From: Raillietiella orientalis
Taxonomy: Eukaryota
Assembly: GCA_036172245.1 (NCBI GenBank)
Contig: JAYWIR010000020.1
Span: 620,001 to 684,000 of the forward strand
Direction of reading: 5' to 3'
Length of the DNA: 64,000 nucleotides
Shown here: positions 22,813 through 36,281 of the stretch, piece after piece
Layout: each line of letters starts with the position of its first letter
How positions within the stretch are numbered: the stretch's first letter is position 1
The notes under the pieces: model-generated
What the model was told of the DNA's origin: nothing
What the model saw: only the letters and a program-made list of their open reading frames with translations
Databases searched by the model: none
Position numbers and translations under genes: made by a program

Positions 22813-25800
22813 ATGAGGAGTATCGCGCTTAATAGAGAAACAGGCGAAATGTTTATGATACGTGCCTTAGAAAAAATCCTTAATGATAAAGAACTACGAA
22901 AAAGTCAGCATTCTGCACTCAAAAGAGCATGTGAAGCCTCACTTGGTAGCTTATATTTTATTGTTGAATGAAATAAAAAAATGTTTCAGAACAAATTCGT
23001 GCTAGTCATAACATTCAGGAGAATGGATCATCAGTTTTACCATTGCCGAGAAATTGTTCCCGGTTTGTTAATGCTGATAAATATTTTTTCCCCTTTGAAC
23101 TGGCATGTTATAGTAAAATACCACGGTTGGTAACCACTGCTTTGGACTGCATTCAGGTACTGAATTCTTTCATACAAAATTAATGCATTGGTAGTACTAT
23201 GTTTGCAATTTCAAGATTCAATTCCATGAACTATTCCAATTATTCTGAGACAAGCTTTGCCCATGTTTCTCAGTTTCCATAGACTAGTGTGTGCATTTAC
23301 CAGTAATGTAGAGTAATGCACGTAAAATGACAGTTTCACGCTTAATAAATAGCACTTAAAGCAGATGGTCTGCTATCTTTATGTGGCTGTCATGATTTTT
23401 TATTTTTGTACATGGCATGTCACATGTTTTGTATGCCTTTATTTTTGAATTTCTAAAAATCGATGAAATATATGTCTATTAAAAGATTTTAAAGACTTCT
23501 TACTTTATAGAAGCTTATTGCATATGGTCACTTGACAGGAAAAATTATTGATAATGAGAATGAAAATCGATATCTGATCGATAGAATTGTAGAAGTAGTG
23601 TGTAATTGTTTTTTTGATACTTATACAGATGAAGGAGTTCAGTTACAAGTAATAAAGGTAATTTTCAAACCATGTAATTGTAAGCTTATTTAAGAAATAG
23701 GCCATTTTAACCATAATGACTTCCCAGTATGTGGAAGTTCATGGAACTACTGTGATAGCAGCTGTGAAAACTTGCTATAATATATATTTAGCAAGCAGAA
23801 GTTTGATAAATCAAACTACTGCTAAAGCAACACTTAGTCAGATCTTGAATGTTATTTTTTTAAAGATGGAAGTACAAGTTGTTATGGTAAGTGCGTTCTT
23901 ACAGTTTCCATTTGAAAGCTACATTTTTTGTAAAGATTTTTTTTTTTTTTTGCTGCTATTTATGAGTACCATGAATGTACATAAGATTATGTTTATACAA
24001 CTATGTTCTATTTTAAAATAGTATTTTTAATATTTTACATTTGAAATATGTTTAGAGAGCAACTAAATTTTTTGTTGTGCTTTGAGTTTTGCAGCCTATC
24101 ATCATCATATTATGAGCTAGTTGATTTTTTAGAATGCTGACCAACAGAATTCGATGAATGATGAGAATGCTATGCATGATCACATAGGAAATTATGTGGA
24201 GCACATCAAGACTGACTGCAAAGATTTGGAAACTTTTAATGAAGATATTAAAAATATCTTAGAAGAGATTATCATACAGATTAGTGGTCAGTTAACCATG
24301 TATTAAATTGCAGATAAATATATTTTTAAAAAGAAGGGGTAACATGTTTTCCTGATTGTATAAAAAATGAAGACTCATATAATTACGCTCCCAAATCTTG
24401 TTATGTCAACCATGATTTTTCATCTACCCACATCTCTTCTGCCAATAGCATGGATTCTATTTTATCATCAGAGAGTGTGAATGAATGCATTTCTGACACC
24501 AATACTGAACGATATCTACCAGTTCCTGCTTCAGCTACGGAAAAAGATGCATTTTATGTCTTCCGCGCATTATGTAAATTATCCATGAAGCCTCTTTCCA
24601 GTAGCACTCCAGATCCCAGGTTTAATTGATAGAATCATGATCTCTTTTAACTCATTATACATATAGGTCACATGAATTAAGATCCAAACTTCTATCTTTA
24701 CAACTGCTTCTTGCCATATTACAAAATTCTGGATCTGCATTTTGCTCTAGCCAACTCTTTTTAGTAGCTATTAAACAGTATCTGTGCCTTGCTTTGTCCA
24801 AAAACGCTGTATCCCATGTTGCAGAAGTGTTTGAACTTTCTTTAGCCATTTTCTTGATTTTGTTATCCAAATTTAAAGTGCATTTAAAAGCTCAAATCGA
24901 GGTGAGTCGAAAATATGATGAACATACTTGCTGAGTTTTATAAAGGTCTTTTTCAAAGATATCTTTTTGAATATTTTGGAAACAAGTAGCAGTTCATTTG
25001 AACATAAATGGATGGTGGTACAAGCATTGACACGTATCTGTGCAGATGCACAGTGTGTTGTTGATCTTTATCTAAATTATGACTGTAGTTTGACATCTGA
25101 CAATATTTTTGAAAGGTGAGAAAGTCCCTCAGAAAAAACAAGCAATGCTTGCCTCAGATTAGTCAATGATTTGTCAAAAATTGCCCAAGGAAGACAAGCA
25201 GTGGAATTAGGTGCTATGCCTAATCAAGAGAAGAGCATTAGAGTTAAAGGCTTGGAGTGCCTTGTATCCATTCTCAAGTGTCTTGTGGAGTGGAGTAAAG
25301 AATTGTATGTCAATCCTGAGTCTCAAGCCAGTTTGGTTCAGGAACAGAACAAGGAATCACACTCATTTATGGCAGATTCTGAGAACCCAACCCGATCCTT
25401 GGGTTCATATGACAGTTGTAGTAGCTTAAATTCCATAAATTCTTGTGGAGGGATTATTCAGAACATGCAGTTAGGCTTGGATGATCCTGAGCAATTCAAA
25501 GTTCTGAAGCAAAGGAAAGAAATTTGGGAGCAAGGTATTGAACTGTAAGTACATTGCATCTTCATTCATTTCTATAATGTAGAACTTCTGAGTAATCACT
25601 TAATGCTTTTGAAGTGCAAGAGGGAAATCGACAATGATGTTTTTCATTCAGTTGAAAGTTGGTTGTATCATATTTTAATTAGCACTTTAGTTTGATATGG
25701 ATTCTTTATTATCTTATATTATTTTTCATGTGTTGGCATATTTCAGATGCTTTTGCTTTAAATTGAAATTTTCAACAACTTAACAGCTGAACATTCAAAG

Positions 25801-28800
25801 TTCATAAGATATTTTTTTTAATAAATTTTTTGTTTGGCATTCTGATGTACTTGTGCACATCACTTATTGGAATATTTCTGTTATAGTAGTTATCATTGTT
25901 CCATATGCTTTTCATAGCTTGATTTGTAATTAAGTGTTTTTATGTTATTAAAAGTGATGTATTTTAACAAAATATCTTAAGCTTCATAATAATTATTGCA
26001 ATTTTTAATTGGACTTCACTGTTTTATGAATATAGTATAAATTTTGCTTGTAAGGATGTTTCGGATTTTCTTACCATGCAATTACACTTATGTGTTAAAA
26101 TTCTAAGTTAATTTATTCATCAAGTTGCCATTTGAACACTTCTGTTTCTGTTTGAATGGCAGCAACTTCCCTCTTTTAGCAAATGTTTGATGATGTATTT
26201 AATGGAACAAGCTTTTGAATCAAATCAAATAAAATTCATATCTGTTAGGTGTTTATAGCATGCAGTTATGATAATAGTTCTCGATAATTTACGCATTCTG
26301 AGATAAATCATCCTCATCCAAATTTAGTCCTAGAAATGATACCTAATTACCAATTAATTCATGTGATCAACATATGAATATGAAAAGTTACGTGTAGAAC
26401 TATTCTTTGAAGATCAATTATTCAAATCATTGAGAAAAGGCTGATTCAAAATACAACTGATGCATTTGAAAGTATTTGTGAAGAAAGTGTTCCTGTCAGA
26501 AAACTATTTATTCAGACATTGTGGAAATCCGTGCAGAAAAGTAGTGGATCCAAAAAATAAGCAGACAGTAGAAACAAAAAAATGTAGACTTAGTAGGTAG
26601 AGAAGCTTATATTAAGTATTTACAAAGTACTGAGTGACAATTGATAAAAATGCAGTGAAATGACAGAACACATGAAGTAATTTTATTATGAATGGAAAGT
26701 TTTGGTTACTTTGTAGAAAATGTACGTGCTCAAACTAGATCTTAGTTGGACTACATTAGAATATAAGCAAACAATTTATATAAACAAATTTAGTGTCAAT
26801 ATTAATATTCATCTAGAACAATTAATAGTAAGGAATATGTGTAAATATTTTTAAATTGGCGTTAAAAAAAAATTTTTTTTGTTCTTTGCAAATTTTCAAT
26901 TAGTTTTAACATTTCATGAGCAGAGTTTAAGGGAAAACTCCAAGTCACCAATTGATGTTTGGTACATTATCAGAAAATTAGTAGTTATGATGGTGATGAT
27001 GTGCAAAAAATTATTTTATAGAATTTCATTGTGAATTCTGTGTTTTTGTGTACTATTGAGGCAAAATTGTTCAAGCGTAAGTCATATGTTTGTCATGGAA
27101 AAATTATTTACAATGTGTCAAAGTACTGATGCAAAATAATTAAGGAATGCACGAGAAGATTCAGTGACTGATTTTAGAAGACAAACTATAGTGTTTTGTT
27201 GCCCGACTCGAAAGGTGACTACTCGTTTGACATCTAAAATGTTTTTAAAACATCCAGACTTACGTAGAATATGAATTTTATGATTATTGCATAATTGGAT
27301 GGAATGCTGATTTAACATACCTTCCATGTGAAACTTAAGAAAGAAAAGCATCTCCGCAATATCAAAGAATTGTCTTGAACTAGGAAAAAATAATAATAAT
27401 AATTGGGTGTTAAGAGGACAATTTTTTTGTGAATTTCTTTAAAACAGTCTAATCTTGAATCTTCCTTGATAAAGTTACCACTGTATACCATTTATAAAGT
27501 AATTCAATCTTGAGTTTAAAATACAAGATTCTGTCTCCAATACAATATCTTTAGTGAGCTAGAGGAATCTTCTTAATCACTGCATTTAAAAGAACTTTAT
27601 GGAAAAGTTCTTGGTAATTTTCAAAATACTTCTCTATTGCTATTAGTATGGTTAGTATTTTGATCTGCACTGCTATCTTTGATATCAATTTGTTGCAATT
27701 TTTCTAGTGCTGATCTTTTATGTTGTAATATTTCAAGATCTCAATTTGTTTAGTTTCAACCGAAAAGCTGGGAAAGGGCTACAGTTATTGCAAGGAGAAA
27801 GATTGCTTGGAAAATCACCAGATGCAATTGCCAGATTTTTTCATCAAGAGGAGAGATTAGATAAAACAAAGTTAGGAGAGTTTTTAGGAGATCCTCACCC
27901 TTTTAATAAAGAGGTATGACATTTATCAGAACAATTTGATACTTATGTTTGATAAGGTAATGTATGCATTTGTTGATCAAATGCAGTTTGCCAACAAAGA
28001 CTTCGTCACAGCATTGCGTCTGTTTCTGGAAGGATTTCGTCTGCCTGGAGAAGCACAAAAAATAGATCGACTGATGGAAAAGTTTGCATCACGATACTGT
28101 GAATGTAATCCAAAGTAAGTATGTGGGTTGTTCAATAATTACTATGCTGTACTTTTTCAGAATGGGATTGTTTGCCAGTGCTGATGCTGCTTATGTCCTT
28201 GCTTATTCAATTATAATGCTTACTACTGACCTCCATAGTCCTCAAGTAAAAACAAAAATGACTAAAGAACAGTACATTGTGATGAATCGTGGAATCAATG
28301 ATAGCCAAGATCTCCCAGAGGAGTATCTTTCACAGATATATGATGAAATTGCTGGAAATGAAATTAGGATAAAAGGAATGAGTAATCGACCTGGAAAGTT
28401 TGGTGAGCAAATATTATTCATATGATAATGCTGCAACTTATGCTGCGGGGACAGTATTAGCCAGTGAAAAGAAACGTAGAATGGTGTTCAACTTAGAAAT
28501 GGAAAATATATCACAGACAGCAAAAACTATGATGGAAGCTGCATCCCATGTGCAAGCTCCTTTTACAGCTGCAACACAAGTTGAACATGTTTGTCCAATG
28601 TTTAAAGTATGTTTACACACTCTTTTATCATTGTTACAACAGATGTAGGTTGCTTGGACCCCTTTATTAGCTGCCTTTAGTGTTGGTTTGCAAGACTGTG
28701 ATGATCCTGATATTGCATCTTTTTGTCTGGAAGGAATTCGGTATGCTATTCGAATAGCATGTATCTTTCAGATGACTGTAGGTGAATCAATCGTATAGTT

Positions 28801-31457
28801 CATCATGAAATAGGGTTTTAGTTGGAACGTGATGCATATGTTCAAGCCCTAGCCCGTTTTACTCTTCTTATGGCGGGTTCTGGCATCACAGAAATGAAAA
28901 GCAAAAACATTGATACAATAAAAACGTTAATTGCTGTTGCTCAAGCTGATGGGAATTATCTTGGAAAAGCTTGGCTTGATATACTTAAATGTATATCCCA
29001 ATTAGAATTAGCCCAACTTATAGGAACTGGTGTGAAATCACAGTACATTGCAAGTAACAAAAGCACTATGTTGGATAGTGCTACTCATTTAGATCTTGGC
29101 AATTGTGAGTAACTTATTCAAAAATCTGAATTTTTTTTTAATTTGGTGGCAGTAAATTCAGTGTTTTTAGATCAGAGAAAGTTGGCTAATGTTAAAGAAT
29201 CTATGACACAAACCAGCAGCCAGACTGTTGTTGTGGCTGTAGACAGAATTTTCACAAGATCTTTATATCTTGATGGTGATGCTATTGTCGATTTTGTTCG
29301 TGCTTTATGCCAAGTTTCTTTGGATGAACTTGCTCATCCATCACAGCCACGCATGTTTTCACTCACAAAAATTGTGGAAATATCGTATTATAACATGGGT
29401 CGTATTCGCTTGCAATGGTCCCGCATCTGGCAAATATTAGGAGACTATTTTAATAGAGTTGGATGCCACCCAAATGAAGAAGTTGCATTTTTTGCTGTTG
29501 ATTCTCTTCGTCAGTTATCCATGAAGTTCATAGAGAAAGGAGAATTAGTCAACTTTCATTTCCAGAAGGATTTTTTACGACCATTTGAATTGATTTCGAA
29601 ACGAAATAGGTAATAAAGTCTAATTCGTACGCTAGCTCATACAAGTAGATCCCCCAATATAAGAGATATGGTAGTTAGATGTGTAGCACAAATGGTACAC
29701 TGCCAGGCACATAATATTAGATCAGGATGGAAAAATATCTTTGCAGTATTCCATCAAGCAGCCTCAGATACTGAAGATGGAATTGTGGAATTAGCCTTTC
29801 ACACCACAAATCAGATAGTTGGTAAAGAAAAAGTGCAACAGAATTCAATTATGAAGCTAATGAATAGTTCTTTTGTTTTTTCAGTGGAAACTTTTGAACA
29901 GCAATTTATAGCTATTGTTGATTCATTTCAAGATGCAATTAAATGTCTCAGTGAGTTTGCATGTAATGCAAACTCATTAGACACCAGTATGGAAGCCATT
30001 CGGCTGATCAGATTTTGTGCAAAATTAACTGCTGATTGGCAGAATGCATTTCGTGACTACACTTTAGAAGATGCAACAATCCCAGAGGAAGATCGTGTTT
30101 GGGTTCGAGGCTGGTTTCCTATTTTATTCGAATTGTCTTGTGTTATGAACCGGTGCAAACTTGATGTGCGCACTCGTGCACTTACGGTCTTATTTGACAT
30201 AATTAAAACCTTTGGTAATACTTTCAAGGAAAACTGGTGGAAAGACCTTTTTCAAGTACTTTTCCGTATCTTTGATAATACAAAACTTCCTGAGCAATTG
30301 AATGAGGTAAATATAGCTTCTGAAAATCCTGTTTTTTAACTAGAACCACTCAGAAAGCAGACTGGATGACAACAACTTGTGATCATGCATTATGTGCTAT
30401 AGTAGATGTCTTCACACAATATTTCAGCATTTTAGGTGATTTACTCTTGGATGAATTATATATCTTATTGCAATGGTGTATAAAGCAAGGTACAGACAGC
30501 GTATTAACCTGATAGTTTTAATTGATTTGCAGACAATCAACAGCTGGCAAGATCAGGTATCAATTGTCTTGAAAACTTCATAATATCAAATGGAAATAAA
30601 TTCAGTGTGGAAATATGGGATAAAACTTGTCAGTGCATTGAGCAAATTTTTAATGAAAGTCAACCCAATGATTTGCTTTACTGGAGACCAAAGCCAGAAC
30701 CCCATGAATCTTTTGCACAGTTACTTATTAAGTGTGTTGTACAGAGAGAGCTGATACAGACTATCGATAATGTTCTTTTTTATCCAAACACCCACCATGG
30801 AGATAATGCACATCTGACAAATGTGCAGACTTTTAAAAATTCCACAAATTCATTACAAAATACGCAACATGATGATCAGGGCATGTATACTTTTCTAAAT
30901 AGTTCCCAGTTGTTATTATTGCTGAACTGTCTTTTGAAATCCCATGACTTCGCAAAATCCTTCAACTCCAATCATGAGCAACGAAACTATTTGTGGAAAA
31001 CCGATCCAGCTTTTCTGAATAAGAATGTAAGACCGAGTTTGCTCAAGCAAGAGACAGAAAGTTTAGCATGTGCTTTACGCATCCTTTTTCGCTTACATAT
31101 AGAAAAGCAGCATAATAATGACAAAGTGCAGAATCAGTTGATACGTACTTCTCAAGAATCTCTGAGATATTTCCTTTCCCTTCAATCAGAAAATCATCGT
31201 GAGTCATGGACTCATGTATTGTTGCTTTTTTTCACATGGATGCAAAAATTAAATGATGAACAGGTAAGAATATTAAAATCACTGAATTTTTAAAGTACTT
31301 ACCATTCCAGTTCCGATTTCATGTTGCTGCACTTTATCCACAGCTCTGTGAAATGCAATCTTCAAATCTAAAGCAGGAATTGCGGTCTCTTTTGAAAAAA
31401 AGTTTCTTGCGTATTGGCTTGACATTCCATATTAGTATGAGGGAAAGTTATGAATAA
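22813..31457 (+). CDS. ARFGEF1: Brefeldin A-inhibited Arf guanine nucleotide exchange factor BIG1/BIG2 (Sec71), 21 coding exons
   Basis: N-terminus [11 protein letters not shown]...[11 protein letters not shown] and HUS (DLYLNYDC) regions; Sec7 motif [21 protein letters not shown] motifs ([40 protein letters not shown]). Exons: 22813-22945, 22990-23156, 23511-23657, 23701-23886, 24133-24286, 24334-24619, 24667-24901, 24946-25115, 25158-25544, 27754-27913, 27957-28114, 28161-28402, 28455-28606, 28649-28777, 28822-29104, 29153-29609, 29649-29821, 29885-30306, 30354-30489, 30533-31263, 31311-31457. All introns GT-AG. Confidence 0.96.
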
Positions 31458-31527
31458 TGCATTTCTAGTTTTTAGAAAATCAATGTTTTATATCACAAAT
31501 TTTATTACTTTGGAACTACAATTGTGA

Positions 31528-32965
<1,438 letters not shown>

Positions 32966-34387
32966 TTGGAAAATCTATATATTCACGAACATCAGGTTCA
33001 CATGATAATTTTTCCAAACCGCACTCTCACGAGATAAACAGCGACAACAGAACGTCGAATACGATCTATGCATCCACGCTTACCAAATGAGACAATCCAT
33101 CTATGAAATACTGTTGAATCAGTTTATTGAATCCACCACTATAAGCTAACAATATTCACTACCCCTAACAGCTAACAGTTTATTCTGACGATTTATGAAT
33201 ACTGGAATACTCTATTTTCTAATACATACAATATCTTTAAGTGTTCATTATGAAAAATAGTACTTCGTCATATTCTCGCTTATTTGAAAGACTCCCTCAT
33301 ACAAAAATGAAATGAGCTTGGAATTCCTATGAAAGCGAAATCAAGCATAAATTTGACTCCTAAGTAAACAAGCATACAATAAAAAGAATTTTCTGAATTC
33401 TGATATTATATGGATTAAATTTGATAACTTTATTTAAAGTTTAGCACTGCCAGAAACTTCAATTAGAATCGGTACATTTCAATTCACTCATTAATTTTTA
33501 ATTGCACTTTCATCTGTGTCCAACTTCTCAGTCTATTCTTCTCACTCTCTCGTCCACTAGACGTTCTATTCGTTTGATTTCATTCTAAAATTGGATATTT
33601 GCAAATATAGCACTTTGAAAACGTTGCAGTTATGATTTCGCTTGATAGGACATGAGAAAAGGCTTACAGTAAGATTCTACGATTCCTTGTCTTCGTAGAA
33701 TCCAATAGTTAGCTGAGTCTCGAAAGAGCGTAATATTTTCTTGATTGCACGTAACTTGCTTCCTTCATTCTCAGTTTTAGAGATAAACAAAAGGTAATAT
33801 AAATTGAAAAGTAAATATTCACATTTCATAAACAAATTTTTGATCATTCAGAGCGAGAGTCATGACTACACATTGCATATCGTCCCAGAAATGAAATTTG
33901 TCGTTTTCATGGAAAAAGAGCATGAACACTAGGAATAACTTTTGCTTGGCTAAATTTATCAGTCAAATTTACTTTTTTTATTGTGAAGAAAATCAGCAAT
34001 GTATGTGCGAACTGTGAAGTATTCATATGCATAATTACTGGAAAAAATGATTATAGTACTAGTACTATATATCTCTTCCAATTTTATCCTTATTACGCAT
34101 TATATAAAAGAAGAATTAATACAATCAATTAAGAATATGTTTATGTATAAATGATTATATAAATGGAAAGCTCGTGTTTAATATTATCTGTTAAATAAAG
34201 ATGTTTTTTTTACTTGTAAGTACATATATATCTATATTCATTTTGTTTTAAAAAGAAGACTGATTTTTTTCAAATAAAATTCTTGATAATTTAGTGTATA
34301 AATTTACTATATTGAATTATTTTTTTTGTAAAAAGTAAATCGTTCTATACATTTTTAGAAACTTTCAGATTGTTTGGTATGCCTACA

Positions 34388-34403
34388 TGGCGCTCACTTT
34401 GAA
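34388..34403 (+). promoter_or_regulatory. Candidate CDE/E2F + CHR (DREAM/MuvB) tandem element upstream of RAD51
   Basis: TGGCGC-tcac-TTTGAA with the characteristic 4-nt spacer, in a local CpG-containing patch about 540 nt upstream of the RAD51 ATG. Confidence 0.5.
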
Positions 34404-34932
34404 AAATATGTTTGTAGTGTTTTACTGTCGAACCTTTGCGCGATGGGAGTGGTTTTACGGAAACCATTCTGGACTTTATTTTAATGTTCTTATGGTAGGA
34501 ATGTTTATGTAAAAAATAGTTTATAATGTCCTTCTTGTTAATGTGAGTGCAAAGCAGTTATTTAAGGTTTAGCCAAGAAAAACCATATTTTTATAGGAAC
34601 CAAGTTCAAAAATTAAAGTATGTATGCGTAATGTTTTGTAATGTAGGCAAGTGTGTGGTTAAAAACCTGAAAAAATAAGCGCTTGTGGAGTAAACATTTC
34701 TGTTACAATTTGTGGATTAATGCAAAAACTTCATGGAAGAATTCTTGGTTGTATTTTTCGAGTCCACGATATGAACCAAAATTGTGAACCCAGAACCTTT
34801 ATATACAGAATTATTATTCTTTAATATTGCAAATGATTATTAATGTTCTTTATTCTAAAAGGTAGCACTGAATAATACTCAATTCAAAAGGAAGCATCTG
34901 CATATGTGTATTGGCTCATAGAGTTATAAAAC

Positions 34933-36152
34933 ATGGTCATGGCAATGGAGGAACAAAGTACATGTGAAGATTATGGGCCAAAACTTCTTGAAAAGCTTAC
35001 AGTAATATAAAATGTAGAATGCCAGTCCTTCATTGATTTCCAGGAACATGGTATTAGCTCAGGGGATTTAAAGAAGCTTTCAGAAGCAGGATTTTACACT
35101 GTAGAAGCTGTTGCTTTTACTCCCAAAAAGCAGCTTCTTTCTATTAAGGGTATAAGTGAAGTCAAGGCAGAAAAAATTTTGGTTAGTGAGAATGCAATGC
35201 TGAAAATTGATTACATATTAATTGTACAGAGTGAAGCAGTCAAACTTGTTCCAATGGGGTTTACTACAGCTTCTGAATTCCACCGTAAGAGGTCAGAAAT
35301 AATACAGATTACAACAGGTTCAAAGGAGTTAGACAAGCTATTAGGTGGAGGAATTGAAACTGGATCTATCACAGAAATATTTGGGGAGTTTCGTACTGGA
35401 AAAACTCAAATATGTCACACTATAGCAGTGAATTGTCAGGTATACAGTCCATATTGAAAGAGAAAGTCCTAGTGCCAAATAGCTGCCAATTGATTATGGC
35501 GGTGCAGAAGGCAAATGTGTTTACATAGATACAGAAGGAACCTTTCGTCCTGAAAGACTGTTGGCAGTGGCTGAAAAGTATCAGCTCAATGGAATTGATG
35601 TGTTGAATAATGTAGCATGTGCTCGTGCATATAATACTGATCATCAAACACAGCTACTTACCTATGCATCAGCTATGATGACTGAGTCTCGTTATGCACT
35701 GCTTATAGTAGATAGTTCTACTTCATTATATCGCACTGATTATTCTGGTCGTGGAGAACTAGCAGCACGTCAGATGCATCTTGCGCGCTTTCTGCGTATG
35801 CTGTTGCGTATAGCAGATGAAGTAAGATAACTTTTTGAATGCTAACTACTGTAATTAAACTTAGTTTGGAGTTGCTGTGGTAATCACAAATCAGGTAGTA
35901 TCTCAAGTAGATGGAGCTTCTCTCTTTGTAACTGATCCTAAAAAGCCTATTGGAGGGAACATCATAGCTCATGCATCCACAACAAGGTAAAATTCAAGAC
36001 GGTATTATGTATCTGCTTATTTGTTTAGATTATATTTGCGAAAAGGTCGAGGTGAAACACGAATTTGCAAAATCTATGATTCTCCTTGTTTGCCTGAGTC
36101 TGAAACAGTTTTTGCTATTTACCATGAAGGAATTGGTGATGCAAAAGAATGA
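34933..36152 (+). CDS. RAD51: DNA repair recombinase RAD51, 6 coding exons
   Basis: [10 protein letters not shown], Walker [10 protein letters not shown], Walker [64 protein letters not shown]...GIGDAKE. Exons: 34933-35001, 35044-35181, 35230-35439, 35483-35821, 35865-35986, 36029-36152. Confidence 0.97.
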
Positions 36153-36281
36153 AGTAAGTGGCAAATATTCTTTGGTTTATTGTAAGTTGAATTAGGTCCA
36201 CTTCCAACAGAAAAGAAAGCACATTTCATTGTGGTTTAAGGCAATTTGCAAACTACTGGGACTACTGCACCTTTAAAGGAA

